NCBI GenBank assembly: GCA_003707115.1
Contig: PPNB01000002.1
Coordinates: 434,001-498,000, forward strand
Origin: Tortispora ganteri
Taxonomy: Eukaryota
Length of the DNA: 64,000 bases
Direction of reading: 5' to 3'
Position 1 is the first letter of the stretch; the number at the start of each line of letters is the position of its first letter. The position numbers and the translations under genes are program-made. Below are positions 43,013 through 55,850 of this stretch, one piece after another. Under the pieces are notes generated by a model. The model saw nothing but the letters and a program-made list of their open reading frames with translations, was not told the origin of the DNA and searched no databases.

Positions 43013-45991
43013 CTAGTATTGAAGGGCATCCTTTAAGAAAGCATCCTCTTCTTCCTGGTGCATCTTCTTGTTGCCTGCAGCAACTGAAGCGCTAGGATCG
43101 CGTCCCGCATAACGTATCGGCAGGTCCTTGCCGATCTCCTGCAGAACAGTGTGCATGCGCGGCTCGATATACGACCATGCTCCGGCATTCAATGGCTCCT
43201 CTTGACACCATACAATGTCTGTTGCATTCTCGTATTTCAAGAGCTCATCACGTACCTGCTGGAATGGGAATGGATGTAGCTGTTCAATCTTGATAAATGC
43301 TGTGTCCTTGATGCCGTTCAGCTCACGAGCTTTATAAAGAGCAGTCCAGACTTGTCCACTACAGAAAATGACACGCTTCGTCTCTGCAGGGGTACCAATA
43401 ATACTACCGTGACCGCTTTCGGGAATAATCCAGTCAAATGACGTCTCACCAGTAAAGTCTTCCAAATTCGATCTTGCCAATGGGTGTCTCAACAACGATT
43501 TAGAGAAAAACAATATCAATGGCTTGCGGAACTGGCGGTGCATCTGTCGACGCATAAGATGGAACAGATTGGCGGGAGTGGTAGGATACGCAATCTGTAT
43601 ATTGCAGTCTTGATGCTGACGGTCAAGCTTGTCCGCAGACGGGAACGTTCGCGGATCTTCGTTAGCAAGTTGTAGGTATCGTTCAAGACGTCCTGAAGAG
43701 TGCTCAGGTCCTTGTCCATCATATCCATGAGGAAGAGACATCACAAGGCCTGATCGTTGCATCCATTTAGACTCTCCAGCAGCAATGAACTGATCAATAA
43801 TACACTGAGCATTGTTAGCAAAATCACCAAACTGAGCCTCCCACATGACGTATGCATCAGGACTCGTCAAAGAGTATCCGTATTCAAAGCCAAGAGCTCC
43901 AAATTCAGATAATGATGAGTTGGAAATAACAAAAGATCCTTGTTTCTCATCAAGATGTTGTAAAGGCGTGTAAATGGCTTCACTCTCTTGATCATGAAGA
44001 ACAGCATGGCGTTGTGAGAAAGTTCCACGCTCAACATCCTGTCCACTAACGCGAACATGGTATCCTTCCAAGGCCATGCTTCCAAATGCAAGCGCCTCAC
44101 CAGTTGACCAGTCGATGTTCTTTCCTTCCTCAATTGATTTCTTGCGATTCTTTAAGATACGGTTGAGGTTGCGGTGTACACTAAATCCTTCAGGAGCAGT
44201 AGAAATTACCTCACCAATGTGCTGCAAAGTCTTTTCTTCCACACCAGTAGGCAAATGAGGAAGAATTTCAGTTTCGAGTTCCTTGGGGGTCTTGAATCCT
44301 TCCCAAGCATGGGCAACCCATTCGTGCTGATTCTCGGTTTTGTGAGTCTTAGACTTCTGGAAGCTCTCTTCAAGAATTCCCCAAACCCATTTCTTGTGCT
44401 CATCAATATCGCTCTTGGTGAAAGAACCCTCTTTGATCAGGGAGTCAGAATACTTGTCAATGACCGATTTCTGACGAGCAATTTCACGGTACATGAGAGG
44501 CTGAGTAAATGCAGGTTGATCAGTTTCATTGTGGCCGTGCTTTCTGTAGCAGACAATATCGATAACTACATCAGTATGGAATGTAGCACGCCAGTCAGCA
44601 GCAACTTGGAATATGTAGTTGACAGCTTCGGTATCATCACCATTAACATGGAAAACGGGTGCATCAATGGACTTAGCAATATCAGATGGATATTTAGTGG
44701 AACGAGCAAAGCGAGGGTCGGTAGTGAAACCAATCTGGTTGTTGACAATAACGTGGACGGTACCGCCTGTGCTGTAAGCAGGGAGATGCGTGAATCCAAG
44801 AGTCTCGTATACAACACCTTGCGCAGCGAAAGCAGCGTCACCGTGTAACAAGATTCCCATAGCAGCACTTTTATCATCATTCTTGTAATGCTGAATAGAT
44901 CTAGTTTGTCCAAGGACCACGGGATCTTCAGCTTCAAGATGAGAGGGGTTAGCGACTAAAGAAAGATTGACGCGCTTTCCGGAGGGAGTGGGACGTTGGT
45001 AGTTCATTCCCAAGTGATATTTGACATCACCAGAGCCGGTATCAAAAGAAGAAGAGCCAGAGAATTCTGAGAAGATAGATTCGTTGGGTTTTCGAACAAC
45101 GTTAGAAAGCATATTTAGACGACCACGATGAGGCATTCCAATGACAATGTCACTAACACCTAGATCAACAGAGCGATCTATAAGAGCTTTCATACCAGGA
45201 ATCATACTTTCACCTCCTTCGAGGCCGAAGCGTTTATCGGAGGGAAATTTAGCGCTCAAGAAAGCTTCAAAAGAAGTAGCCCATATTAGACGATCGAGGA
45301 TTCGACGTTTTTCGTCAATTGAGTACTTAAACGGTTGAGGGATTTCAATACGATCTCTTATCCAATCACATTGCTCTCTGCTTGGGATGTGAATGTACTC
45401 TACACCATATGAGCTGCAGTAGGTTTTCTCGAGGGCCTCGACAATCTCGCGGAGAGTAGCAGTACTTTTTCCATTACGAGCAAAGCGAGGCAGGATGCCC
45501 GGACCAAGAGTAATTTCTTGGTCTAGATCCTTTTCGGTAAATCCATACGTTTCTAACTTCAATTCCGGAGGTAACTTGTCTTCCGGAAGCTGGTTAATAC
45601 CAAGAGGATCGAGATGAGCTTTCAAATGACCACGCACTTGATAAGCGCGAACAAGAAGCTGGACCTTCATATGAATATCAATGGCAGAGGAGCCACCAAG
45701 CTCAGCGATCGGCATGACACCACCATCAGGAGGAGGGACAAGCGTAGGAGGAGGCTGAAAAGCTTGAGAAGGGGCTACCCCGGAGTCTAAGTTTTTGAAG
45801 TAACTTTGCCAGGATATGTGGACACTTGTGGGATCTTGCTTCCAGGCGTGATACATTTCATCGATGTAGTTAGCGGAGTTACTCTGAAGAAAAGTGTCAT
45901 TCGCGCTAGATGCGAGACCGCGAATAGTCAAAGCGGGCACGAATCTTTGTATCGGCTTAACCGCCGACCGACTGAAGGATCTAGACAACAT
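43013..45991 (-). CDS. KGD1: 2-oxoglutarate dehydrogenase E1, mitochondrial
   Basis: [61 protein letters not shown]. Confidence 0.98.
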   Translation of the reverse strand: MLSRSFSRSAVKPIQRFVPALTIRGLASSANDTFLQSNSANYIDEMYHAWKQDPTSVHISWQSYFKNLDSGVAPSQAFQPPPTLVPPPDGGVMPIAELGGSSAIDIHMKVQLLVRAYQVRGHLKAHLDPLGINQLPEDKLPPELKLETYGFTEKDLDQEITLGPGILPRFARNGKSTATLREIVEALEKTYCSSYGVEYIHIPSREQCDWIRDRIEIPQPFKYSIDEKRRILDRLIWATSFEAFLSAKFPSDKRFGLEGGESMIPGMKALIDRSVDLGVSDIVIGMPHRGRLNMLSNVVRKPNESIFSEFSGSSSFDTGSGDVKYHLGMNYQRPTPSGKRVNLSLVANPSHLEAEDPVVLGQTRSIQHYKNDDKSAAMGILLHGDAAFAAQGVVYETLGFTHLPAYSTGGTVHVIVNNQIGFTTDPRFARSTKYPSDIAKSIDAPVFHVNGDDTEAVNYIFQVAADWRATFHTDVVIDIVCYRKHGHNETDQPAFTQPLMYREIARQKSVIDKYSDSLIKEGSFTKSDIDEHKKWVWGILEESFQKSKTHKTENQHEWVAHAWEGFKTPKELETEILPHLPTGVEEKTLQHIGEVISTAPEGFSVHRNLNRILKNRKKSIEEGKNIDWSTGEALAFGSMALEGYHVRVSGQDVERGTFSQRHAVLHDQESEAIYTPLQHLDEKQGSFVISNSSLSEFGALGFEYGYSLTSPDAYVMWEAQFGDFANNAQCIIDQFIAAGESKWMQRSGLVMSLPHGYDGQGPEHSSGRLERYLQLANEDPRTFPSADKLDRQHQDCNIQIAYPTTPANLFHLMRRQMHRQFRKPLILFFSKSLLRHPLARSNLEDFTGETSFDWIIPESGHGSIIGTPAETKRVIFCSGQVWTALYKARELNGIKDTAFIKIEQLHPFPFQQVRDELLKYENATDIVWCQEEPLNAGAWSYIEPRMHTVLQEIGKDLPIRYAGRDPSASVAAGNKKMHQEEEDAFLKDALQY

Positions 45992-46843
45992 GGCGAACTC
46001 AGCAAGGAAAAATTACAGAAATGAAAATAACAACTTTACTCTTTCGACAGCGTATACGAAGAGACAATGCTTTTCTCTGAATTAATTCTTGAAGATTTTA
46101 AACCTCTAAAGAGATTTTAAGCAGTTTATAAGCAAATAAACGTCAATGTTGGCACTTTTCGGCTCGCCCGTTAGTATTTATATAAAAAGGTGCATGTCAT
46201 AGGCTCCCGGCCATTCCGTGTACTAGGGTAGGTCTGAGGGTTTATGCCGTTTCGGGTAAAGATCGGTCTCCTCGGTACGTGAGGCTGCCTGCTTCTGTTA
46301 CTGCTTCGGCACTTCGCCTTAACCGAACCACTTGCCCGTACTCTTTTTCAGTATATTTAACATAGAAGGTCTATTATTTTGCTTTGATATAATATTATAA
46401 GCGAGTATCCAACTTGTTTTACTGCTGCATCGACGCCTACTTCCGACGTTTTCGGAAGCTCTACAGAGCCCTTTCATAAACTTTAATTATGATGTAGCTG
46501 TAGTACCCCATGTGCGCAAGCGTGGCAAGCGTGCTATGGTTTGGTACGCTTCATATTGTCATCCACACTAAAATTAATACAATAAAACATGTAGTGGTTA
46601 ACTATACACACTATAATACACAGTTAACTAAGGTGAAATTGCTTTAGGAGGCGTCAGGCAAGACAGTTACGAACTCGACAAGCCATTCGACTCCTCCCTC
46701 TACCCCCACGGATAGAAGGCAGGGTAATAAATTTGCAACTATAATTAACTCTTTCAGTTGCACGCTATAGTTTATCGATTTATCAAGTTATGCATGTCAT
46801 TAGTAAACGTAAGTTCATAAATACGTATTATAGCAGCATCATG

Positions 46844-46991
46844 TCAAGCTCCAGACGAGTCGTTTGTTTCCTGGTCAACTGCAGGGCTGTTGGAACCACT
46901 TAAATTACCTTGTGATGGTTGTTTCTGCATGTGCATTAGTTGCTGCTGTCGTTGTGCCCTGAGGGCTTGTTGTAATCGTAGTTGATGTTGC

Positions 46992-47023
<32 letters not shown>

Positions 47024-49929
47024 CTGCTGCTGGGTCTGCTGTTGGTGCTGGATACCGATCGCATTCGACGCTATTGTTACGTTCCCAGAACCGCCACCAC
47101 TAGAGCCTTTGAGACCATTCGTACCAGCTTTAATGCCTTGCTGTTGCTGTTGTTGCAACGCAGCAATGTATCTTTGTAGTTGAACATGGGCAATCTTTGT
47201 CACCTGTTCTGGCAACAGTGTGGGGTTTTGATTGCCTATTTGCGTAGCTACAGCTATCAGCTGCGGTGATGCGCGAACTTGTTGCAAGTGCGCTAAAAGT
47301 GCTGCAGAAGGTGTGGCTTTGCCAGATTGTGCTGCCGTTGGCCGTGCACTAACATTAGCAGACATACCCGAAGAAGAACTAGAACTTCCAGGATCCTTGG
47401 GGTCAACATTGTCAGCATTACGATGAATCATTCTCTCTCTTTCAAGGATCATAGTCTGCTGGAGTTGTTCAGCGGTCAATCGTGCACCTTGTCCATGTGA
47501 CATTACTGCTCTGTTTGATCCTATTGGTGTAACTGCGCCAGATCCGCTGGAACCGAGCGAGCCAGTGCTCGTAACATTATTTTTAGCTCCTAAAGAGGTC
47601 ACTGCGCCATTTTCAGCACCAGGGGTTCGCGTACCGCTAGATGATAAAGCAGGGCTAGATCGAGGTATACCATTCGCCTTCCCAACAGAGCGTTGTTGGT
47701 TCACAGTCAGCGGAACAAGTTTTTCTGCGGCCGCGCGATCATGCTCGGCTTTCATTCGTCCCAATTCAGCAGGCGTTGGAACTGGAGCCTTGATATCTGA
47801 ATCCTGATTAGACCGGCGAGGTTGGAGATTCGGCTTAGGTAGGTTCTCGCGTTTACGCATGCTCTTGCGAATACCTTCAAGTACACTTCCCCATCGAATC
47901 CGGCGTTGCCCTCTCTGTAAGTTGTCGGGGCCAATGCCAATCGGCATTAGACGCCTTTTAAGAGAGTACTGAGATTTAGCTGCAGTCTCAAGCCATACAT
48001 GGGCCACTCGAGCAAACGGACCCCGAAGATCTTGAAGTTGGAAATTAGGCTGCAATTGCAGCCATCGTTCAAAGCACTGCCAGGGAGTACGTCGTTCAAT
48101 ACCGGAAATAAATTGAGTACCTCGAGGATTAGCACCAAGGTGAGCAGAAATGATATCCCAGTTGTGTTGAAATCGTTCTGCTAACTTTAACAGTTCCTGA
48201 TCGTCAGAAGGATGCCATAAAGTAGGAATGCGGCCATCCAAGTATCGTGTGCTCGGTGGTTGTGGCGGCCATATCGGCGACTTATATTCACTTGCCGGCA
48301 TGAATATACCACCCATATAATAGTCTTGCTCATTATCAAAATATTCCGTATCGGCCACTTCGTAGCGTTTCCAGCATGGGTTATACTCGTCAGAGGAACT
48401 ATAATCGTAAGGTGGCCGCGTTAAGAAACGCGAGAATGGTACTTGCTGATCCTGAGAAATCGGATCAATAGCCAATTTAGTTTCTTCAAAGCTATTAATC
48501 GTTGGTAGGGCTTTAATTTGATCCAGCAAATCGCTGCTGAGGGAATCTTCACAAACAACTGTCTCTAAAGAAGAGAGCTCAAAAAAGCTATTTTTTACTT
48601 TTGAGCGTGGAATAGTTTCTGTGACTTTAGTTGAAACATGCAGACTATCACTCGGAGATATAGTTGTAGGAAGGTTAGCGTCGTTGTCTTTCTTATCCTT
48701 AACATCATCTATCACATCATTGGCAGAGGTGTCCGGCATCTCTACATCAGCAGAATGATAACCATTTTGAGATTCTTCGGCAGCTGTATCCTTTTCATCT
48801 AGAAGCTCTTCCGTAATTTTTGATAAATGGATTATAGGTTTGGTAACAATGCAACACTGCTCTTTTCCATACTTCCAAAAATCTTTAATAGCAAGAGACA
48901 ATTGCAGACATTGAACTTTCTTGAACTTCAATTCTTCTCTAAAGTCTGTGCTCATCCATTTCATTTCGTGCAACAAGTGATCCCAATGCGTTTGAGACCT
49001 TGATGGAGGTAAGTAGGCTTTCGGTTGATACAAGCTCCATTTTTTCTCTCTTTTTAATTCCTCCATACGATTGACAACAACTCCAAGTTCACCTTCCGTG
49101 ATGTAGGTGTAAAAATTAGTAGTAAACAGCACTTTTGGAGCTGTAGGTACCAATTTCGTCAGAGATAAAGCTTGAGTGATAAAATACATCTTTTGCAATG
49201 ATGTAAAATCCCATGTGACGCTGTTATCTAATGGATGAATCGCACCTGATTTGGCCATACTAGTAGCATACTTATTTGCGTTGTGAGAATTAATGCGGGC
49301 CAGCAGATTTTGCAGATTCACACTTTCCTCGCTATTATATAATTCAGAGAAAGTTGCTGACGTCTTGGAAGATTTGTGGCCTATAGGTTTAGAGAGCGCA
49401 TGGTTGGTAGACTGAGAGGGAGTGATTGGACTAGCATGTGCGCTAGATGAAGAATCATGTGCGGCACGCTTTTGACGTTTGCTATAGGGTTCGCCGAGAA
49501 TTTCAGATACGGATCGATGGCGAAGTGCGCCAGACGAAACTCGAGTAGTCATTCTCTCGGATTGTGAAGGAGTTCTTGAATGGTGAGCGCTAGAAATGGG
49601 AGTTGACGGAACTGATTGAGCTAATACTGGTAGGGCATTAACTACACCTACCGGTATGATTTCTGGATCAAAGGGTTCAGCTATGCTTTGGTAATCACTC
49701 AGAATCCGCTGCAGCTCGGGAGAGTCTTCAGGTACTTCTTCCAAGTCCGCAAGAGTCCAGAGATGCGTAGCAACCATGAATGCCTGTTCTATTTTGCGCT
49801 TTCTGCTTTCCGCAAGAAAAGCGATCGCATTCTCGCATGATTCTATTGTGTAAGAACTATCTGACGACTATTAGTTGGTACGTTAGTACGAGTGATCGAA
49901 GAGACAAAGATGGGAAAGTCGGTAACCAT
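46844..49929 (-). CDS. EAF1: NuA4 scaffold Eaf1/Vid21 (HSA, SANT, Gln-rich tail). Probable exon 1 is the ATG alone (49929-49927); exon 2 is 49867-46844
   Basis: HSA (WSLYQP...HWDHLLHEMKWMSTDFREE) and SANT (WHPSDDQEL...ERRTPWQCFERW). The frame extends upstream of the track start to 49867, includes SRKRKIE, and is preceded by TACTAAC...TAG. The 5' exon is tentative. Confidence 0.9.
46979..47050 (-). repeat. CAG/CAA polyglutamine-coding repeat in EAF1
   Basis: (TGC/TGT)n on the + strand; QQQQTQQQQQQQQQQQQQQQH in the protein. Confidence 0.9.
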
Positions 49930-50555
49930 AGAGACACTGAGAAGGTGGCGTGACCAAGGAGAGCTAAGCCATTGTATTAGAGCAAACGCAACATTTGAGC
50001 TGGCACAAAACATATAAATCAATTGAATTCTTTCTGGGCTAACAATTTCAAATGCAGTAGCTTGAAAACCAGCCAAAAACATGAGAGAAAAAAGTGAAAT
50101 TGCTGTGCCCGGGTGGCCGGGCTGGGAACGGCTGCCGGACACGATTGCTGAGCGGCAAGAGTCCAAAGAACAGGGTCAGGACGGCAATGATTAAACTTAC
50201 ATTTATTATTTCAGACACTAGGTCCTCATTTAGAGTGGAATCCACCATGAATGATGGAGAAGTTGTTCACGCGGGAGACACTTTCGTTTTGCTGACGGTT
50301 CTAACTAGTGGCGACAATGTGCGAAAAATTTGCGTTGCTACGGTAACAATCACTAACGATAAACGTATGGAACTGCTTGCGATCGGCATAGCGTCGAGTA
50401 TCAGGAATAGGTCATTGGTGGTTAGTTTAATATTGTATTACGAATTATCAAACAAATCATATGAATGTGTATGTATAAGAATACCCGAAGGCAATAAGGT
50501 ATAAGTGTCATATGTGTATGCTCGAGAGGCAAAATGCTATATTGAGGGCTGAGGA

Positions 50556-51725
50556 TCAATTGGCAAAGATAACAGGTTCCTCATGACTGTTAGAGAAATG
50601 ATCAGCATTGGGATCACCACCTGTGAAGTCGACAAAGTCGAGGCACGGTACTTGTGTATCAGGGGCAACATCATCGGCTTGGCCAAGGAATGACGCAGTC
50701 ACGTCATTTGAGGCCTCGTGGTCTTCCATGGAGCGTATCTGAGATGATATTATAGATGTCGAAATGTCTAGAATATCGTTAGAGATGTGATTGTTGTTTG
50801 TCAAAGAGGGGCTATCAGATTTTGAAGAGGAACTTGTGCTTTGAGAGGCACTGTCACGGCGCGCAGATGCGAAAAGATGAGAGTTTCCTGATTCGGTGGT
50901 AGGCGCTGAGGCATCGGTAAGAGGAGCTGGTGACTTCGTGTATTGTGGTATACTTTGAGGGCTGCTATCAGAAGAAGCTGTTGAGCGATCAGAGTTGTTT
51001 CTATTTGTTGAGGAGAAAAATGGCGAAGAAGAAGTATCGACGGTAGAGTTTGTAGCGGCCAGCGCAGGTAGCACGGGGGCGTCGGCAGTAGATTTGTTAC
51101 AGGCAGTGGTAGTGAAGGGATAAGGCGATTTATGGCTTTTCAGATAGTTCGAGACAGTCTGTTTAATGTTTGCGATAAATAAAGCTGTGTCACCGAACGG
51201 ACGGAAAAGACGACCCGAGTCAAGGTTAACGATTTCTAGATAACCATAGATGGCAGTCATAGTCGGATAAATCTGGTCCCATGTTTCCCAGAAGACGAAG
51301 CTAGTGACAGCAGGGATTTTATCACAGAGTTCTTCTAAGACGGAGAGGCACTGTCTCATTGAAGACAAGATCTTATCTGGGTTATAAGGAGGTTCTTTAA
51401 GGATTTTCGGGAGGGCGACTGTTCCATTTATAACATTTCGCACAGCCTGAACACATCGGATTCTAGCTTGGCGATCGCAGTCAGGAACAATGATTAGTCT
51501 GATAGTAGGATTGTTTAGAATGATTTCAGAGATGCGCTTCTGTGAAAGCCTTGTCGAAAGAACCGGATGAAGATCTTTTGACACACCAGAGGACGTTGAA
51601 GACCGTGAAGAAGACGATGCCGAACGCAGTTTCTTTCGTGATTGTTGGCATTGCGAGGAGTTCATATCCTGGCCGATCAGGGATATTTGCGAAGAGTCGA
51701 GCAATTCATTAATGATGCTGCCCAT
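50556..51725 (-). CDS. Uncharacterised protein, ARxRC/FWxxW family member 1, with Ser-rich C-tail
   Basis: 389 aa ORF; DRQARIRC...LEELCD...FWETWD...LDSGR. Confidence 0.75.
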   Translation of the reverse strand: MGSIINELLDSSQISLIGQDMNSSQCQQSRKKLRSASSSSRSSTSSGVSKDLHPVLSTRLSQKRISEIILNNPTIRLIIVPDCDRQARIRCVQAVRNVINGTVALPKILKEPPYNPDKILSSMRQCLSVLEELCDKIPAVTSFVFWETWDQIYPTMTAIYGYLEIVNLDSGRLFRPFGDTALFIANIKQTVSNYLKSHKSPYPFTTTACNKSTADAPVLPALAATNSTVDTSSSPFFSSTNRNNSDRSTASSDSSPQSIPQYTKSPAPLTDASAPTTESGNSHLFASARRDSASQSTSSSSKSDSPSLTNNNHISNDILDISTSIISSQIRSMEDHEASNDVTASFLGQADDVAPDTQVPCLDFVDFTGGDPNADHFSNSHEEPVIFAN

Positions 51726-52769
51726 TTTTATAAGTTCTTTGCAGAAGAAAATAACAAGAAGAGTGGGGGTGGGGGAACCAAGCAGGTTCGTGTATTTATA
51801 CTATATTGAGCAATAAAAAGGTTTTCTGTTATTTAAGGTAAGAGGGGTTCGATACTCGAAAGATTAGATCTTCCGGAAAATAGCTTAAAAGGAGCAATTC
51901 CGGTGGGGATTTAACACTTGAAACTTTTAGGGAACAAGTCGAGCGGAGTATAATGGAGATACAGATTGAGGAAATTAAATTTTTACCCCTGTAAAATAGT
52001 CATATCAGTTGGATATTTTGTCTTTAATATGTCAGTGTTTCGGTAAAAATTGCAATCCTGTTGTAGCTAGGGCGAACCTTAATGTCGGTTGAAGTCCTGG
52101 AAATCTTTATCCGGTGGAAGTTAAATTACTAGTATGGGGATTAAAAACCGGTGGTGCTGCCGGTTTGTTGTCGATAGGGTCAGTATGGCTGAAACCCGTT
52201 TCAAAAGTTGCTATATTCTTCGCATGTTTGAGTATTTGGCATGCATCATCAATCTTTTGATATCGAAGTTCTAAATACAAATGGAAGGCGGGGCTACGGG
52301 TACTGACTAAGGAACTCTATCGCAGAGTAGTTCAGCACTATTCACATGTTCGCTATACCTCTCAAATACTTTAAACAGAAAAAATGATATGTTCCCATAA
52401 AAATGCTCTCCTGTCAATTAAAAGGTTTTTATCTCTGCGCAGATCAGTTTTATATTGGTAATTTTGGCCTGCTAATCGATCGGAAAACACTCAATCTGGC
52501 AGCCCATGCGACCCTACCCCGCATTTTCCTGGATAGAAGGGGAAAAACCCTAAATGGGCAACTTCACCATACCCTAGATCTTGACTACTCCATTATCTCG
52601 GATTCTTATCTTTTGCAATACACAGCCACATAGCTTCTAGTCTGCGCTGAATTGTTTACCCTAATATTAAGAATACCCCTGTACTTCTGCTTTCATTTTA
52701 GCTCGAATTCACCCACCAACCTTAGCTGTACCTGCGCAGAAAGTACTCTTCAATTTGAAGAACCCAGTT

Positions 52770-53192
52770 ATGCATGCACTATTTGCTATATTCTTGGCCT
52801 ACGTATCCGCAGCTGCAACCCAACTGCACAATTCGCCTTCCTCTAACAGGACACTACTCAGCAGCTCAACAGTACCTGTTCTACACCCTTCTGCTGCTGC
52901 ACTGGCCACAGCTGCATCTACCCTATATGCTTCTGCTTCTTTCTCCCAATCACTCTCCTCTGCAGTCCACACTACCTATACCAATGCCCCTTCGGTCACT
53001 ACTATAACCCTTCTTCATCCCAATACAAATACCAATACAACTGTATCGTCTTCGAAACACCATGCTAGATTGGACAATGTACCATGGGGCTGGTGGTGGC
53101 ACAGAAATAGCTTACCGGTGAGCACACTGGTATCCACCGTTAGCACTCTGGGCACCGCTCGCGCTACAAATAGTCAACCACAAATTAGCTAA
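52770..53192 (+). CDS. Small secreted Ser/Thr-rich protein
   Basis: ATG at 52770; signal peptide MHALFAIFLAYVSAA; Ser/Thr-rich body with NxT sequons; unusual PWGWWWH motif. Confidence 0.6.
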   Translation: MHALFAIFLAYVSAAATQLHNSPSSNRTLLSSSTVPVLHPSAAALATAASTLYASASFSQSLSSAVHTTYTNAPSVTTITLLHPNTNTNTTVSSSKHHARLDNVPWGWWWHRNSLPVSTLVSTVSTLGTARATNSQPQIS

Positions 53193-53390
53193 AAAGAACC
53201 CGCAACTAAAAGGCAGCACTCAATGATTAAAGCTAATTTTTTTTTCGAATTCTAGAAAAAATCATACGTGCCACCGCTTTATTATGTAGAGCTTATAAAC
53301 CGCGGGTTTACCGGGGAAATGACGTATGGCTCTGTAACCGGATTTCGAACCGCCTTAATCTTGTACCCTCGTCTATAGCGTTATCATTCC

Positions 53391-53439
53391 GCCTTCGACC
53401 AAGGTACAGCCTTAGACGAAGGTACAGCCTTAGACCAAA
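53391..53439. repeat. 18-bp direct repeat, about 2.5 copies (GCCTTAGACSAAGGTACA)
   Basis: gccttcgaccaaggtaca gccttagacgaaggtaca gccttagaccaa. Confidence 0.8.
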
Positions 53440-53856
53440 TTATCCGATAATTGATGGCCGTCGGGCACCCTTTGAGAGCGCTATAGATAATCGTTCGATA
53501 TATATGCGAACCAACGATAACTCACTTAGGTACCGTGCTGGCCTCTCAGAGTACTCTCATTCGCTCGGCATTCTCCGGCAGGAGCGTGACTCACCCCTGT
53601 TTCCATAATTAGCTAAACCAAGGCGACAATGACTAACGCCCAGTTCCATTAACGGCAATATGATTTGTGCCATAAACTTTATAATAATCGTCTTGCCCAC
53701 ATTTGCACCTTAAGTGCTTTATTATTGGTTCGCATCTTTTACGTCTGCATGTTATATTATAAACTTTATTACGCGTCGGAATTCGCCCACTGAAATGCTT
53801 CAAACCTATAAATATGTTAACAATTTGCCCCTGACTTTGTGATTAAACATAAAAAA

Positions 53857-54441
53857 ATGACTACGCTAGCTGATTCATATGCAAATCATATGCCTTTCCA
53901 AAAGCTAGTTCACTTTTATGGCCGTGTATCTGGGGACACTGTTCCGTACTCTGACTGTAGGGCACGCCAGAGATGCTACAATTTCCTCATCGATATTCTA
54001 AATGCTATCGAATCCACTTACAAGAAAACACGCCAGCCGCCAATCGCCGCATCGATCATTTCAAGTAGCATTAACGGTACGAACAGCGCGGACTCTACTA
54101 GATCGACTTCTACAGCTTTCTCGCAAACATCCCTCACAACAGACTCTGTCGTTTTTGATACCCCTTACCAGCTGTTAGACCGCCTTGCCGATTTCCAATA
54201 CGTCAAACAACAACTCTTCGCGCTTAAGTCCAGCGACAGAGTAGCGGATTCGGAAGAGTTCTGGGAGATATGGGATTCTTCAAAGATAGAAATGGTAGAC
54301 TACATGTTAAAACATTTACCTCTCCCTGACACTGTTCGAGACGAGGTCGAACAGTCACAAAACTACTATCACAACTACTCTGTTCAGGAATCTCTCATAA
54401 GATATCTCGAATACGGCCGGAGAGCGGCTTCACTTTCATGA
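53857..54441 (+). CDS. Uncharacterised protein, ARxRC/FWxxW family member 2
   Basis: ATG at 53857 (MTTLADSY); DCRARQRCYNFL...FWEIWD...YLEYGRR. Confidence 0.75.
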   Translation: MTTLADSYANHMPFQKLVHFYGRVSGDTVPYSDCRARQRCYNFLIDILNAIESTYKKTRQPPIAASIISSSINGTNSADSTRSTSTAFSQTSLTTDSVVFDTPYQLLDRLADFQYVKQQLFALKSSDRVADSEEFWEIWDSSKIEMVDYMLKHLPLPDTVRDEVEQSQNYYHNYSVQESLIRYLEYGRRAASLS

Positions 54442-54992
54442 TTCATCTCTCTATCATCTCACGATCTATCAACAACAGTCACGACTTTGCTTACTAAATA
54501 ATTACTATTCATATTGTATTCTATGTATATTCTACTGAACTGCGCTCATGTCCGTATGCTTAGGTTTGTTTTAGTGTAGACCTGCCATTGTTATCGATAA
54601 TTCCGTTATTTCCTTGATGAACCCGCCTTCTATCACGTGCACTGTCTGGACCCAGAAAGAACGCTGAAGAACCATTTTTTTGATTATATTACCATGGCAA
54701 CACATATCTTGTTACATTCCTCAAAAAAAACTTCTCTCCCTCCCTCAGGTGGCGGTACACATTCCAACTAAATCTTTGCCTCCCGCGGCACTTTCTATCT
54801 CGCGTATCTCGACAGAGGAGCATTCGAACTGCACGATAATTTGCCAATAAACATATTGTCACTTTATCTATTTGCTCAAAAAAATTTCACCGAATTTGGT
54901 CCATTTTTGCACAGTTCTTGACTGTCTTTGTTCGATTTTCCTATTTTTTTTTCCCTTTCCCCTCTTTTTCTTGTCTAAAGTGGCTGGTTACC

Positions 54993-55850
54993 ATGACGAC
55001 TTTAATATCATCTCACAATACGGTCACCACGCGAGAAAATGTCGCAACGGCCAGCGCTAAAACTGCTAAATCTTTACCAGAGCTGTCGTATAATGACATT
55101 GATCGTGCTGGTACGAAATGCCGCAAACGATGTTCATACGTCGCATTAGAATATTCTTTACCAAGCCCTCCAGAGTACTCGGGATCTGATGCTGAAGAAG
55201 AGGATCCAGACAGCGCCGATGTTATTCATGAGACGAATGATAAGCCAGATGGATTGCTGTCTAAGGTTAAGCGACCGTGCTTGCGTAGAAATTTCTCAAT
55301 TCGCGATCGCAGATTAAGCAAGTCCTCAAGGGGTGCGCCAAAGTGCGATCTTGCAGCTCGCCACAGATGCCTCGAGTACCTCGTAGAGGCCGTTGACGAA
55401 GCTTGGGCTCGCTATTATGACTCTACTTCTAATGCTGAGTTGGAAATATATACAGAAGATGCTATGAGTGGCAGTGGCGAGCTTACTAGGGCGGCTAAGA
55501 TATACTATTCTGAGTCTGAAGCTGACTTGAGTGATTCTAGTACTGCGAGCTATGATTCAGCTGCATCTGCCACTAGCGCCAACACCGCTGTTACTTCTGA
55601 AAGCTGCATTGCATCCACTTTGCCGAAGAATGTTAGGCTTCAGAATATAAAAGACAGGCTCTTATCAGCGAAGTATGAACTCGAAGAACTGGTCGACGAC
55701 GATAGCCGGAAAGCTGCTGCACTGTTTTGGTCTCGCTGGGACAAAGTTAAGTACACGGCTCTTGATCTTTGCGAAGAAGACGAGGAAGATTCTGATCAGA
55801 AACTTGAACAGCTTGAAGATGGTCGCTGGAATTGTGACTATAATAACTAA
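54993..55850 (+). CDS. Uncharacterised protein, ARxRC/FWxxW family member 3
   Basis: ATG at 54993 (MTTLISSH); DLAARHRCLEYLVEAVDEAWARY...LEELVD...FWSRWD...LEDGRW. Confidence 0.82.
   Translation: MTTLISSHNTVTTRENVATASAKTAKSLPELSYNDIDRAGTKCRKRCSYVALEYSLPSPPEYSGSDAEEEDPDSADVIHETNDKPDGLLSKVKRPCLRRNFSIRDRRLSKSSRGAPKCDLAARHRCLEYLVEAVDEAWARYYDSTSNAELEIYTEDAMSGSGELTRAAKIYYSESEADLSDSSTASYDSAASATSANTAVTSESCIASTLPKNVRLQNIKDRLLSAKYELEELVDDDSRKAAALFWSRWDKVKYTALDLCEEDEEDSDQKLEQLEDGRWNCDYNN

Noticed and set aside
46536..46545. AAACCAT on the minus strand, the snR30/U17 m2 motif
   Set aside because: No m1 motif, and it lies on the wrong side of the hairpin.
49843..50504. Three overlapping short ORFs upstream of EAF1
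   Set aside because: No recognisable product; better explained as EAF1 intron/promoter and the neighbouring gene's 3' UTR.
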